Counted from the first letter of the stretch, positions 16,094-26,358 are shown. The stretch is 30,981 nucleotides of DNA from Blastocatellia bacterium (GCA_049454155.1 JBMUAP010000001.1:1-30981); one strand, 5' to 3'. Numbers and translations are program-made. Notes: generated from the letters alone by a model not told the origin.

Positions 16094-19066
16094 TCAGCGT
16101 CCTTGCCGTTTCTCCCCCTCCCGCTCCAGGAAAGGGATCCCCTTCTCCATCCAGGCCGGTTTGGTCGCCCCCTTGAGGTGGTGGTCGAAGAACTCCTGCA
16201 GTCGACGGGTGTAGTCTTTCTGATTGGGCCGCTTTCGCAGGCCGTGATACTCCCCATTGTAGTTGAAGAGATAGGCCTCGCGTTCGAGACGCCGGAGGGC
16301 GAGGAAGAATTCGATGCCCTGCGTCCAGGGAACGGCATCATCATTGTCGTTATGGACCATCAGGATTGGGGTCTGGACGCGATCGGCGTTGAAGACAGGA
16401 GAGTTCTCGAGGAACCGCATCGGGTATTCCCAGAGACTGCCGCCAATTCGGCTCTGGGTCCGTTCGTACTGAAACTGGCGTGAGAGGCCCGTTCCCCAAC
16501 GGATTCCGCTATAGGCGCTGGTCATATTGGCGACGACAGCGCCTGGTGCCGCGGCGCGGAAGCGGTTGGTGCGCGTGACGAGATAGGCGATCTGATAGCC
16601 TCCCCAGCTGTGACCCTGAATTCCGATCGCGTCTTCCTGGATGAAGCCGCGCCGCACCACCTCTTCGACTGCGGGCAGGACACACTGGACGGCGCTCTCC
16701 CCGGGGTATCCAATCGTGTAGACGATATCGGGCATGAGGATGACATAGCCGTTACTCGCGTAAAAAGAGGGATTGATCGAGGTTCCAGGTGCGGGAGGAA
16801 CAAAGCGGTGGAGCCCGTTGGAGAGTTTCTCGTAGATGTAGACCATCAGGGGGTATTTTCGATTGGGATCGAAATCGGCTGGTTTGATCAGGATACCGCT
16901 GAGGGATTGCCCATTGGTGTTGCGGTAGCGGATCAACTCAGCTTTGCCCCATTGAAACGGTTCGATCTGTCGCCCGGCTTCACTCACCCTGCGAAGGGAT
17001 TGGAAAGTGCCGTCGGTCACGTGTAGATCTGGGTATTCGTCGAAGCGGGAGGCGGTGAGGAAGAGGGTTTCGGCATTGCGGGCCTTGGTCGGAGCGCTGA
17101 AGGCCCGGGCCGCCATCAGCAGCCGCTCGGGAAGGCCGCCGCCAATGCGATCGCGATAGAAGCCGGTCTCCCGGGTCTCTTCGTTCTCCGCACGCAGGAG
17201 AAGGGGAGAGGCTGGATCGATCCAGCGCTCTTCTGGATCGAGCCGGACGTAGCGCAGCGCGAGCTTGCCCTGGCGGCCGACTCCATCGGTCAGGTTGCGT
17301 GCCCCCGCTCCATTGGGAGAGATCTGCCAAAGATCGAACTGGTCATAGATCAGCAGATCCCGATCGTCCTGTGTCCAGCCCGCAACTCCATACGGGGCGG
17401 GTGTGTTGGGGGTATCGTGATCCTCCTGCCAGAAGCGCACGGGAAGGGTTGCCGTCAGGTTGGTCACCTGCCCATCAGGAATCGAGATCGAATTCCAGTC
17501 TTTTCCATCAAAATAGATGGCATATTTTCCCCCAGGGGACCAGCTCAGCGGAAAGAGGTTCTTCTCGCGAAGCCGTCGGCGGGATCCATCCAGGGTGTTG
17601 ACGAGGTAGACGTCGGCATAATTGGTATCGATTCCGATCAATCGACGATAACGGCGATCATCCTGCCCAATTGCCCAGAGGCCGTTCGAGGAGGGATTGA
17701 TCGAGTTCATCGATTCGTCCGCAAGAGGAACGACCCGCTTTTCGTCGAGATGAAAGACGGCACGGTATGATCGATTCCGCTCCTGGTTGGCTCGCACCTT
17801 CTGCATCGGTTGCAGATAGTCATCTTTCCAATGCCAGAGATCGGCAACCGCTGTTTCCTCCTTTGTGCCCGCCTCTTCAGGGGGTGGGGCAGGAGCAGAA
17901 ATGGCACGGGCAAGCCCGAGGAAGAGCCGGCTTCCATCCCGTGCGAAGGTGAGGGCCCCTTTGTCGCTGATCATCCAGCCAGTGGGAAGGTTCGTCTGAT
18001 CCGGGGTGATCAGCCCAGCCGACGGACCGGGAGATTGCTCCCCTTGGCGATCCCGTTTCCAGTGGTAGAGGCTCCAGCGGAGAGATTCGTTGCTGGTATC
18101 CGCTGGCCCTGGGGCGGCCAAAAAGGCGAGCTGGGTCTGGTCTTCGTCCCAGGTCACCTTGGCATAGCGGCCAGGCCCCTGAAGGAGGGGAAGGGGGGCA
18201 GTCTCGCTGCCTGGGGAGAGAAGATAGACCCCATTTGCCTCGACATTTTTCGCGGAGACGGCGTAGATCAGGCTGCGGCCGTCGCGGGAGAGGCTCATCT
18301 CCAGGACCTCCTGGATCGTTCTCTCTTGTCCGGTGGAGAGGTTCCGCACGATCATCCCACTGCCAACTGGCCACTTTTCACCCTTGCTGTTGGCGGGTGT
18401 TGGTTCTGCGCCTGTTTCAGATTCGAGGAGACACGCGACAAACGCTCCCCCACTCTCTGGAACCTGGAAGCTCTTGACCCGCTCGATGCGCTGAACCTCG
18501 CCAGTCGCGAGATTCATGATTCCGAGAGCATTGCGGGGCATCTCGTGCGGTTTTTTCTTCGCTTTCCGGGCGTCGAGGACCTCTCCCTTCGTCGGTTCGA
18601 CTGTAAACAGAAGATAAGTCCCATCAGCGGTAAAGACGGGGCGGGTAGCCCGGTTGAGAGCCGCAACGGCAGCTTGGGCTGCCTCTGGATCGCTCGGGGT
18701 GGGGGTGGGGATTCGCCAGCCTCTTCCGTGTCGCCACTCCTGCCCGCTGATCACTTGGCGAACGACCACCTCACCGTCTCCGTCCTGCGGGATGAGGCTG
18801 TAGGCAATCCACCGCCCATCGCGAGAGATGGTCGCTCCTACTAAGGAACGCCAAGCGTCATAGTCTGTATGGCGAAGAGGCCGACGGCTGGCACTTGCCG
18901 TTTGCCCCGCAGCGGAGTCGATCGCCCCCGATAGACTCAGGAGAAGGATCGCCAGACAGAGGGATGAACCCCCTCTTCGCCGCTTGGAAACATCCTCTCC
19001 AGGGCGTACTCCAGGGCATCTCTTCGCTGACAGTTCTCTCCTGGATCCGGAATGGTTCATTCTCAT
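16094..19066 (-). CDS. S9 family (prolyl oligopeptidase / acylaminoacyl peptidase-like) exported serine peptidase
   Basis: GIQGHSWGGY nucleophile elbow, HNDNDDAVP (Asp), YNGEYHG (His); long N-terminal propeller region; signal peptide; SD AAGGAG before ATG 19066. Confidence 0.9.
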   Translation of the reverse strand: MRMNHSGSRRELSAKRCPGVRPGEDVSKRRRGGSSLCLAILLLSLSGAIDSAAGQTASASRRPLRHTDYDAWRSLVGATISRDGRWIAYSLIPQDGDGEVVVRQVISGQEWRHGRGWRIPTPTPSDPEAAQAAVAALNRATRPVFTADGTYLLFTVEPTKGEVLDARKAKKKPHEMPRNALGIMNLATGEVQRIERVKSFQVPESGGAFVACLLESETGAEPTPANSKGEKWPVGSGMIVRNLSTGQERTIQEVLEMSLSRDGRSLIYAVSAKNVEANGVYLLSPGSETAPLPLLQGPGRYAKVTWDEDQTQLAFLAAPGPADTSNESLRWSLYHWKRDRQGEQSPGPSAGLITPDQTNLPTGWMISDKGALTFARDGSRLFLGLARAISAPAPPPEEAGTKEETAVADLWHWKDDYLQPMQKVRANQERNRSYRAVFHLDEKRVVPLADESMNSINPSSNGLWAIGQDDRRYRRLIGIDTNYADVYLVNTLDGSRRRLREKNLFPLSWSPGGKYAIYFDGKDWNSISIPDGQVTNLTATLPVRFWQEDHDTPNTPAPYGVAGWTQDDRDLLIYDQFDLWQISPNGAGARNLTDGVGRQGKLALRYVRLDPEERWIDPASPLLLRAENEETRETGFYRDRIGGGLPERLLMAARAFSAPTKARNAETLFLTASRFDEYPDLHVTDGTFQSLRRVSEAGRQIEPFQWGKAELIRYRNTNGQSLSGILIKPADFDPNRKYPLMVYIYEKLSNGLHRFVPPAPGTSINPSFYASNGYVILMPDIVYTIGYPGESAVQCVLPAVEEVVRRGFIQEDAIGIQGHSWGGYQIAYLVTRTNRFRAAAPGAVVANMTSAYSGIRWGTGLSRQFQYERTQSRIGGSLWEYPMRFLENSPVFNADRVQTPILMVHNDNDDAVPWTQGIEFFLALRRLEREAYLFNYNGEYHGLRKRPNQKDYTRRLQEFFDHHLKGATKPAWMEKGIPFLEREGEKRQGR

Positions 19067-19211
19067 GGCCAATTTTACTCCTTCTGGAAAGTCCTGCCGC
19101 TGGAATCGCTGGAATCCCTGGATTCCAGCGATTGAGCATTCGACTGATTGGTAGATGGGGCCCACGCGGGGAATCTGCGAGGGCGGTATGCGGGCGGTGG
19201 GCCGGAGGGGG

Positions 19212-19499
19212 TCATCCCCATAACGGTCGGCCACGATAGATGACCTGCCAACCGCGGGCGACACTGGTGGCGACGGCGTCGTGATAGTGCCGAATGGCCT
19301 CGCCGCGCGTCGGGTACTCCCGGAGTACCGGCTGCCCCTCACGTGGATCGAGCTTGATCACAGCAGAGATGAACCTCGATTCGGGATCACTGTCCATCGG
19401 CTCTGTCTTGGCTGTTCTCTCGGTTCCGACCAGACCCAGAAAAGAGAAGAGGGAGTGCTTGGTCATAATCGTCGTGTAGGTGGCAGTCTTCTCGCGCAT
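19212..19499 (-). CDS. Small hypothetical protein (95 aa)
   Basis: Fills the gap between co-oriented genes; GGAG SD 7 nt before ATG 19499; globular-looking composition. Confidence 0.6.
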   Translation of the reverse strand: MREKTATYTTIMTKHSLFSFLGLVGTERTAKTEPMDSDPESRFISAVIKLDPREGQPVLREYPTRGEAIRHYHDAVATSVARGWQVIYRGRPLWG

Positions 19500-19579
19500 C
19501 GTCATGCTCCGGGGAGGTCAACTTCGGTTCGTTCAACCGTTGGTCATCATACCACAACTTGCCGCGAGTCGATGGCTCG

Positions 19580-20599
19580 TCACTGTTCTGTCAGGCGACG
19601 AGAGCGGGACTGGAGGAGATAGGCGAGCAGCCCCGCCACCGTTCCAAGGGAGAGGATCATCTTGTAGCCCGCAGGGATCGACAACGGAGAGAGATAAGCC
19701 TCGATCAGACCTGCCAGCAGAAAGAGCGGGAGGCTCCCGGCCAGCAGTTGAATGGCGATTCGCCCCTCTTCGATCAGCGCATCCCGGCGCGTTCGATCCC
19801 CCGGGGCGACGATGGCGCTTCCAATCATCAGCCCGGCCCCACCGGCAATGAAGATGGCGACAAACTCCAGGACGAGATGACCAATCATGAAGGACCAGAG
19901 GGCCGTTCCCATCCCGTACCGCAGAATCAGCGCTTGCAGCGAGCCAAACATCAGGGCTGACGGAAGGAGCATCCGGATGGTGCCCACAATCGGAAAGATG
20001 CTCATTCCAAACGACAAGAGTCCGATACGGATATTCTGCACGATGATGGTTGCCGCTCCACGGGATCCCTCCTCTCGCAACTGTTCCCACCAGGGGGTTC
20101 CCATCCGTATCTGTTCGATGATGGCTGGAGAGAGGGAGCAGAATCGCGCAAACCCTTCATCGTGAAGTGTGGCCACAAAAGAGAAGAGGGTAACGACCAG
20201 AAAGATGGCCAGGACGGTCAGTGGGTAGCGACGATGTCGACGCAGAAGCAGAGGAAAGTCGGACCGGTAGAAGCGGAGGAGGTCTGCCCACCGGTAGGAC
20301 GCTGGGCGGTAGAGAATTGCGTGTCCACGAATCAGGAGATCATTGAGGTAGGCGGCGGCTCGGTCGGCGGGACCTCCCGGTAGGGGAGGGGCCACCGCAC
20401 GAAGCTGAGCGACGTCGGCCGCGGTTCTCCGGTAGAGGGCCCCGAGCGTGCGGATCTCCTGCCGGGAGAGCCGCCGAAGCCCACGTCGGTTCTCGGCTTT
20501 GGCGAGCAGTGCGGCGAGATATTCCCAACTCGCGGAACGCTCCTCGATGAGTCGACTCGGTTCTCTTCTCGATCCGTGTCGATGGAATGGATCTGGCAC
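19580..20599 (-). CDS. Stage II sporulation protein M (SpoIIM/DUF95) family membrane protein
   Basis: LYRRTAADVAQLR, YLNDLLIRGHAILY, IIVQNIRIGLLSF, GHLVLEFVAIFIAGGAGLMIG and AGLIEAYLSP motifs; GTG 20599 with GAGG SD. Confidence 0.85.
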   Translation of the reverse strand: MPDPFHRHGSRREPSRLIEERSASWEYLAALLAKAENRRGLRRLSRQEIRTLGALYRRTAADVAQLRAVAPPLPGGPADRAAAYLNDLLIRGHAILYRPASYRWADLLRFYRSDFPLLLRRHRRYPLTVLAIFLVVTLFSFVATLHDEGFARFCSLSPAIIEQIRMGTPWWEQLREEGSRGAATIIVQNIRIGLLSFGMSIFPIVGTIRMLLPSALMFGSLQALILRYGMGTALWSFMIGHLVLEFVAIFIAGGAGLMIGSAIVAPGDRTRRDALIEEGRIAIQLLAGSLPLFLLAGLIEAYLSPLSIPAGYKMILSLGTVAGLLAYLLQSRSRRLTEQ

Positions 20600-20609
20600 A
20601 ATCGAATCC

Positions 20610-21329
20610 TCAGAATGCGTGGTAGAGCAAGTGCTTGTAGCCAACGCTCAGACTGTCGAGTAGCGAGGAAGGCAACGTACAGATCACGACCAGACTGACC
20701 ATCCCGTGTGAAATCCCCAAGAGGAGAAGATTGGGAGCGCGGTCGTAGACCCACGACCAGACCAAGCCCCCCGCGAAGGTCAGTCCCATCAAAGGCCCAT
20801 TCGGTGCGTGGAGCAGCGAGAAGAGCAGGGCGGTCAAGCCAATTGCCATCCAGTGGCTGCGGGGAGTGGGAGCGTGCGCGACCGGGGGCAACAACTCGCG
20901 GAGTCGGCGATGCAGGACCCCTTGCAGAATCGTCTGTTGTGCGATTCCGGAGACAGGAAGAAGAAACAGCGCCCTTCCAAATTGGTCGTACAGATGCAGC
21001 GATTCAGTCCACCAGCCAATCCCCAGAAAAAGAGCGCTGCCCAAGCTGGTTGGCAGTGCCAGGAGGCGAGTTGCCTTCCAGGCGTGCGCCCACGTCAATC
21101 CCAGATCAGCCAGTCGCTCCCCACGCAACCACATCGAGTAGCTGACCGTCAGCAAAGCGGGGATGCTCGCCACCAGAACCAGCGATCGATGGCTTCCCGG
21201 AACGAGGGGAACCACCCCCCACGTGATCACCAGAACCGAGAAGAGCAGCGAGAGGACCTCCAGCCCACTCACCAGCCTTCTCGTCCCCCACTCATCCGTA
21301 CGCTCCTTCGATCTCTCTACTTGGCTCAT
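20610..21329 (-). CDS. CPBP (Abi/CAAX protease-like) family membrane protein with degenerate catalytic motif
   Basis: Multi-TM; QQTILQG in place of EExxxR, LFSLLH, WSWVYDRAPNLLLLGISHG; SD AGGAG before ATG 21329. Confidence 0.8.
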   Translation of the reverse strand: MSQVERSKERTDEWGTRRLVSGLEVLSLLFSVLVITWGVVPLVPGSHRSLVLVASIPALLTVSYSMWLRGERLADLGLTWAHAWKATRLLALPTSLGSALFLGIGWWTESLHLYDQFGRALFLLPVSGIAQQTILQGVLHRRLRELLPPVAHAPTPRSHWMAIGLTALLFSLLHAPNGPLMGLTFAGGLVWSWVYDRAPNLLLLGISHGMVSLVVICTLPSSLLDSLSVGYKHLLYHAF

Positions 21330-21336
21330 TCCGAAT

Positions 21337-21732
21337 CTACTCCTCTCCATGAACGCTTTCCAGGACGACGAAGGCGATAGCGCGGTCGATGGCGTGGGAG
21401 AGGGAGACGTGGCTTCGGTTGACGCCCAACTGTCCAACCAACTCCGCTGCCCGTCCATAAAATTGAAGGTGCGGCGCCCCTTCCGGGGATGATATGATCT
21501 CGACGTCATGCCAGGAGAGGGCATGAACGGGCACGGCTGCTCCAATTGCCTTGCGGGCTGCCTCCTTGGCGGCGAAGCGTGCGGCATAGCGCTCTTCGCG
21601 GATCGAAAATTGTTCGCAGTAGGCAATCTCACTTGGCGTAAAGATGCGGTCCCGAAATCGAGTCCCATGCTCGCGTAACGATTTTGCCACCCGGTCGATC
21701 TCGACGAGGTCGACGCCAATTCCAATAATCAT
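21337..21732 (-). CDS. acpS: Holo-[acyl-carrier-protein] synthase
   Basis: MIIGIGVDLVEIDR, RIFTPSEIAYC, YAARFAAKEA, WHDVEI...GAP and HVSLSH. Confidence 0.95.
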   Translation of the reverse strand: MIIGIGVDLVEIDRVAKSLREHGTRFRDRIFTPSEIAYCEQFSIREERYAARFAAKEAARKAIGAAVPVHALSWHDVEIISSPEGAPHLQFYGRAAELVGQLGVNRSHVSLSHAIDRAIAFVVLESVHGEE

Positions 21733-21817
21733 GCCTGGTTCGTCTTTCTCTTTTTCTATCGAAGCAGGAGGGATCTCCCGGCAGGAGAAACCTCACTTTC
21801 AACGAGGTCTGGGATCG

Positions 21818-22645
21818 ATGGATTCCTTTCAACTTGACCAGGTCGATTCGCTGCTGTTGCTGCGTTGCTCGCCCTTGTTGGCGGCTGGGTTTGACCATGC
21901 TTTCAGCACCCGGCGGGGAGGAGTCAGCCCACTTCCCGCCGAGAGTCTCCATCTGGGGCAGACGGAACAGGACGGAGAGGTCTCCCGATCCCTGATTCTC
22001 GAAAACCGGCGCCGGTTTCTCGGAAGTCTCGGCTTGCCCAATTGGCCCCTTCACCTGATTCGTCAGGTTCACTCCGCGACCGTCGAGATTGTTACCGAGT
22101 CGGGAGTCTCAGCGGTCGAATCTCCCCCGATTGCCGATGCCGTGGCGACCCGTCTACCTGGAATCCTGCTCGGCGTTCAGGCGGCCGATTGTCTCCCGCT
22201 GCTACTGGCGGATCCAGTCACTGGTGCGGTAGCGGCGATTCACGCTGGATGGCGTGGGACCGTCGGGTTGATCGTCGCACGAACCCTCGAAGCGATGCAA
22301 CGCTCCTTCGGCACCCGCCCGGCGAATGTGCTGGTCGCGCTCGGACCCGCCATCGGTCCTTGTTGTTTTGAGGTGGGCCCCGAGGTAGCGGACCAGTTCG
22401 AGGCAATCGATCCGCTCACCCGCACCCATCTCCTCTCCGTACCCACCCCAGATGGAAAGGCGCGGCTCGACCTCAACTTGGCCAATCTCCATCAGCTGCT
22501 CCAGACGGGTGTCCGGAAGGACCACGTTTACGATTGCAAATACTGCACTGTCTGTCACAATGACCTCTTCTTCAGTTACCGCTTCGAGCGTGGTGTGGAA
22601 CACCCGGTTGGTCGCCATCTCGCGGTGATTGGCAGACGTCAGTGA
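21818..22645 (+). CDS. pgeF: Peptidoglycan editing factor PgeF (YfiH, purine nucleoside phosphorylase / laccase-like domain)
   Basis: FSTRRGGVS, QVHS, ADCLPLLL, AAIHAGWRG, LGPAIGPCCFEVG and CTVCHNDLFFSYR. Confidence 0.92.
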   Translation: MDSFQLDQVDSLLLLRCSPLLAAGFDHAFSTRRGGVSPLPAESLHLGQTEQDGEVSRSLILENRRRFLGSLGLPNWPLHLIRQVHSATVEIVTESGVSAVESPPIADAVATRLPGILLGVQAADCLPLLLADPVTGAVAAIHAGWRGTVGLIVARTLEAMQRSFGTRPANVLVALGPAIGPCCFEVGPEVADQFEAIDPLTRTHLLSVPTPDGKARLDLNLANLHQLLQTGVRKDHVYDCKYCTVCHNDLFFSYRFERGVEHPVGRHLAVIGRRQ

Positions 22646-22697
22646 GGGGCTCTCCATTGACTATTCGGGCGATGGATTCTTTGATGATGGGAAGAAG

Positions 22698-24104
22698 ATG
22701 ACCGGAAGAACTGGAATGATCATGACTTTCTCCTTTGCTCGCCGACTGCTCCTTCTGAGTGCTCTTGTGGCCTTTCCTGCTTCGTCGCGAGGGTTGGCGC
22801 AGCTGCCTGGGTCAGGTCCCGACCCGGAACCCTCTTCCTCCACCTTGCAAACTCAGCAGGAGCCCGTGCCGCCGGTCGACTCGGACGAGGATCTCCGTCG
22901 CCTGATCCAGCAAGCGGGTGGAAACCAGAGCCAGTTGATCACAAGCCTCGAGGGGTACTTGCGGCGGTGGCCCCGCACGCAACGCCGGTCCGAGATCGAG
23001 GAAGAGATCTACAAACTGGCAGCCAAAGTGCGCGATCGGGATCGAATTCTGTCGTATGGAGTCCGGCTGATCGAACAAACTCCAGGGAGTGTCGATGTTC
23101 TCGTCGAACTGGTCACAGCTTTGCGGGAGCGTCGACAGACGGGTGATCTCGAACGCGCGCGCAGCTACGCGGAGCAGCTGGTTCGAGAGTTTGATGCCCT
23201 GCTGACCGATCGTCCCAAACCACGCCGCCTCAGCCAAGCTCAATGGGAGGAGCAGAAACAGCAAGGACGCGCTTCCGTCTATCTGACGCGAGGTCGTGTC
23301 TACGCCGATTTGGGAGATGATGAGAAAGCCAAACGAGACCTCCAGCAGAGTGCTCAGCTGGCCCCCCTGGCCGTCACGTTTCTGGCGCTTGCCGATCTGA
23401 CGGAGCGTCGCCAATCTCCCCCACCAGACAAAGACGAGGTGCTGGGCTACCTTCGTCAGGCGCTTCTTTTTGGGTTGATCGAAGGCGCGGATGACGTCAA
23501 TCTTCCCGCCCTGCGCCAACGATTGCGCACCCTTTATCTCACGCAGCATCAAACCGAGGCAGGTCTTGGCGACCAGCTGTTGATCGACCTCGACGCCTAC
23601 CTGCAGCGCCAAGCGGCGCGGATGGCGCTCCTGACTCCTTCTCACTCCAACGCCAGTGCGGCGACCGGTACGGATCCACTCGCCTTTCGACTCTCGCGTC
23701 CAGCGGGAGATCCTCTCGATCTGGCCTCCTTGCGCGGCAAGGTGGTGGTCATCAACTTCTGGGCCACTTGGTGCGGGCCCTGCCGGACCGAGCTCCCCCT
23801 TTTTGAGAAGACGATCGAACGATATCGAAATGATCCTTCCGTCAGCTTCCTGGCTGTCACCACCGACGAGGACCGTGAGGCGGTGCTGCCCTACCTCCAG
23901 CAGTATGGGTATCAACTCCCTGTCGCCTTCGCCGATGGTCTCGAACAGTTCTTTGACGTGACGGTAATCCCCACCACCATCATTCTCGGTCCTGCTGGCA
24001 AAGTCTCCTCTCGACTGCGCGGCTATAACCCACGAGAGGACTTTGTCGTCCTGCTTCAACAGCGGATCGAAGAGGCCAAAGCCGCACCACCATCAACGCC
24101 ATGA
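22698..24104 (+). CDS. Exported TlpA/ResA-like thiol-disulfide oxidoreductase with N-terminal TPR-like region
   Basis: LRGKVVVINFWATWCGPCRTELP, VIPTTIIL (cis-Pro motif); signal peptide; helical N-terminal region. Confidence 0.85.
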   Translation: MTGRTGMIMTFSFARRLLLLSALVAFPASSRGLAQLPGSGPDPEPSSSTLQTQQEPVPPVDSDEDLRRLIQQAGGNQSQLITSLEGYLRRWPRTQRRSEIEEEIYKLAAKVRDRDRILSYGVRLIEQTPGSVDVLVELVTALRERRQTGDLERARSYAEQLVREFDALLTDRPKPRRLSQAQWEEQKQQGRASVYLTRGRVYADLGDDEKAKRDLQQSAQLAPLAVTFLALADLTERRQSPPPDKDEVLGYLRQALLFGLIEGADDVNLPALRQRLRTLYLTQHQTEAGLGDQLLIDLDAYLQRQAARMALLTPSHSNASAATGTDPLAFRLSRPAGDPLDLASLRGKVVVINFWATWCGPCRTELPLFEKTIERYRNDPSVSFLAVTTDEDREAVLPYLQQYGYQLPVAFADGLEQFFDVTVIPTTIILGPAGKVSSRLRGYNPREDFVVLLQQRIEEAKAAPPSTP

Positions 24105-24117
24105 CGCCCTTTGATTC

Positions 24118-26241
24118 TCAGCGCGGCACATTGGAACGGAATTGCCCCTTTTCATCGTAGAGGCGCTGGTAGTGGCGCGCGTTGCGGTAGACGCCCTGGA
24201 CGTAGAGACGTGTCTCCCGCAAGGGAATCTGCTCGACCCAGTCTTCGATCTCCCGGGCAGGGTTGGCGCCGACCCAGCGGGCCACGCGGGTCGGTCCCCC
24301 GTTGTAGGCAGCAGCGACGTGCTCAAATCGTGAGAACCTCTCTGTCAGCTCGCCGAGATAGGCGGTACCGAGCTGCAGGTTGAGGACAGGATCGAAGAAG
24401 TCTGTCCGGTTGAGGCGTCCTCCACCTAAGCGATTCTTTCTGGCGACAGCCTGCCCGGTCGAGGGAAGGATCTGCATCAGGCCAAGTGCGTTGGCACGGC
24501 TGCGCGCACGCGGATTGAAGACCGTCTCCTGCCGAATCAGCCCAGCGACGAGATACGGGTCGAGCCCGTGCCGTTTCGACTCCGCCTGAATTTGAGACCA
24601 CCATGCGAGTGGGTAGAAGATCTGCCAAGCCTCCCGTGGCATCTCATCCGGAAGTGACTGGCCATAATCGGGATAGGCGCGCTTGAGAACCTCGATCGCT
24701 GCGACATTTTCGCCCGCCTCCCGATGGAGCTGTGCGAGCCGCAGATTGAGAAGCGGTGAGTCGGGGGTCACTTGGCGCGCGGCCTCCAGTTCGTCACGCG
24801 CCCAGCGAGCATATTGAAGGCGCCGCAGCTGCTCAGCACGCGTGACTCGATCCCGCTGCTCTGGCCGCAACGAATCAGGGATGACCCGAATCGTTTGCAA
24901 CGCCCTCACCGCCTGTGCCAGAGGAGACTCCACTTGCAGGGAGACCGTTTTGACTCCTTCCCGATTGAGCTGGGCGATCCGCCGCTCCGCATTGTGCCCA
25001 AACCAGCTTGCGCCATAGCGCGTGAGGAGGCCCCGGTAGAGGGTCAAGGCCCGCGACTTGTCTCCGTGGCGCTCGTGATGGAGAGCGGCCCAGAAGGCAG
25101 CTTTCCCGCGATGGTCCGTCACTTGTCCATACCGCGCCAGATGTTCCGTCAGTAGCGCTGCCGCCGTCCGATCTTCTCCGGATTCGTGGGCACTCCAGGC
25201 GAGGAAGAAGTGGGCGCGGTGGGCCTCGGTCGCCCTCGGATACAGGCGCGTCACCTGCTGATAGTAGGCCGTGGCCTCCTCTTTTCGATTTCGTGTCTCG
25301 TAGAAACGACCCAGGGAATAGAGAAGATCCCCGGTTCTCCGGAGGGTCGGATTTCCGCTCGTCCCTCTTCCTTGCTCCGTCCGGCGCAGTTTTCCGAGGG
25401 TGGCGACCGCTCCCGCTTCATCCCCCCGCGCCAGTTGTGACTTGCCCAGAAAGTAGAGAGACTCGCTTGTTCCACCACGAAGCCGGGAGAGAATCTCACT
25501 GGCCTCGGTCACCGCCTCTCCCCGGTAGAGATTGATCGCACAGCGTAACCAGATCTCCTCACTGGCCTCGCTGGAGAGAAGTCGGGCCAATTCCTGGTAG
25601 GCCCGACCCGCGATGAGCCAGAGGCCCGCTTCCTCCCGCTTCTCGGCGCGCCTTCGCCAGAGGCTTGCGCTGTTCCGGCCTTCTGCCATCTCGCTCTCCC
25701 CCAGGGATCGCAAGAGGGCGGGGACTTTCTCCGCCTCCATCTCTTGTGGGGAATCGAAATAAAGGCGACGCAACAACCGGATCGCCTCCTCAGGGCGGTT
25801 GCGTTCCTGCCAGAATTCCGCCGAGCGAAGAAGGGCGGCACCATTCCCCTGCGCCACCCACGGCTTGAGATCCTCGATCGCCTGCGAGTAGTCCCCTCTC
25901 TCCCACGCGAGATCCGCCGCCTGGAGGGCTGCCGTGCAGCTCATCAGCGCCTCTGGGTAATCCATCGCCAGCTCCCGCAGCGCCCTTTCCCCCTCCCGCA
26001 TCCGCCTTGCTTCGAGATGCGTCAGGGCCCGATGGTAGAGGGCGTAATCAGCCAGTCCAGGGGTTCGCATGAGGCCGACTTCGTCTCCTTGCGGGGCCCG
26101 GAGATTCCTCCCTGTGCCCCGCTGCGTCTGACCTCCAGCGCCCAGTACACCCCAAAGGAGCGTACCAGCCATCAGCCCGACCGCGACGACCGTTCCCAAG
26201 CCAGCCCGGCTGGTTCTCTTCCTTCTCCGATGGTCAAACAA
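24118..26241 (-). CDS. slt: Soluble lytic murein transglycosylase with TPR/superhelical N-terminus
   Basis: LVAGLIRQETVFNPRARSRANALGLMQILPSTG (catalytic Glu), NLQLGTAYL, AAYNGGPTRV and IPLRETRLYVQ. Confidence 0.9.
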   Translation of the reverse strand: MFDHRRRKRTSRAGLGTVVAVGLMAGTLLWGVLGAGGQTQRGTGRNLRAPQGDEVGLMRTPGLADYALYHRALTHLEARRMREGERALRELAMDYPEALMSCTAALQAADLAWERGDYSQAIEDLKPWVAQGNGAALLRSAEFWQERNRPEEAIRLLRRLYFDSPQEMEAEKVPALLRSLGESEMAEGRNSASLWRRRAEKREEAGLWLIAGRAYQELARLLSSEASEEIWLRCAINLYRGEAVTEASEILSRLRGGTSESLYFLGKSQLARGDEAGAVATLGKLRRTEQGRGTSGNPTLRRTGDLLYSLGRFYETRNRKEEATAYYQQVTRLYPRATEAHRAHFFLAWSAHESGEDRTAAALLTEHLARYGQVTDHRGKAAFWAALHHERHGDKSRALTLYRGLLTRYGASWFGHNAERRIAQLNREGVKTVSLQVESPLAQAVRALQTIRVIPDSLRPEQRDRVTRAEQLRRLQYARWARDELEAARQVTPDSPLLNLRLAQLHREAGENVAAIEVLKRAYPDYGQSLPDEMPREAWQIFYPLAWWSQIQAESKRHGLDPYLVAGLIRQETVFNPRARSRANALGLMQILPSTGQAVARKNRLGGGRLNRTDFFDPVLNLQLGTAYLGELTERFSRFEHVAAAYNGGPTRVARWVGANPAREIEDWVEQIPLRETRLYVQGVYRNARHYQRLYDEKGQFRSNVPR

Positions 26242-26358
26242 ACAGAACCTCCCGTCATTGGAAGCAAAGCGAAGTCGTGACCAACCTCAGGTCAAAACAG
26301 ACTGATGGGATCGTCTGAGATTGCTCGATTTTTGTGGAGGGCGGCTCACGAGCCGGCT

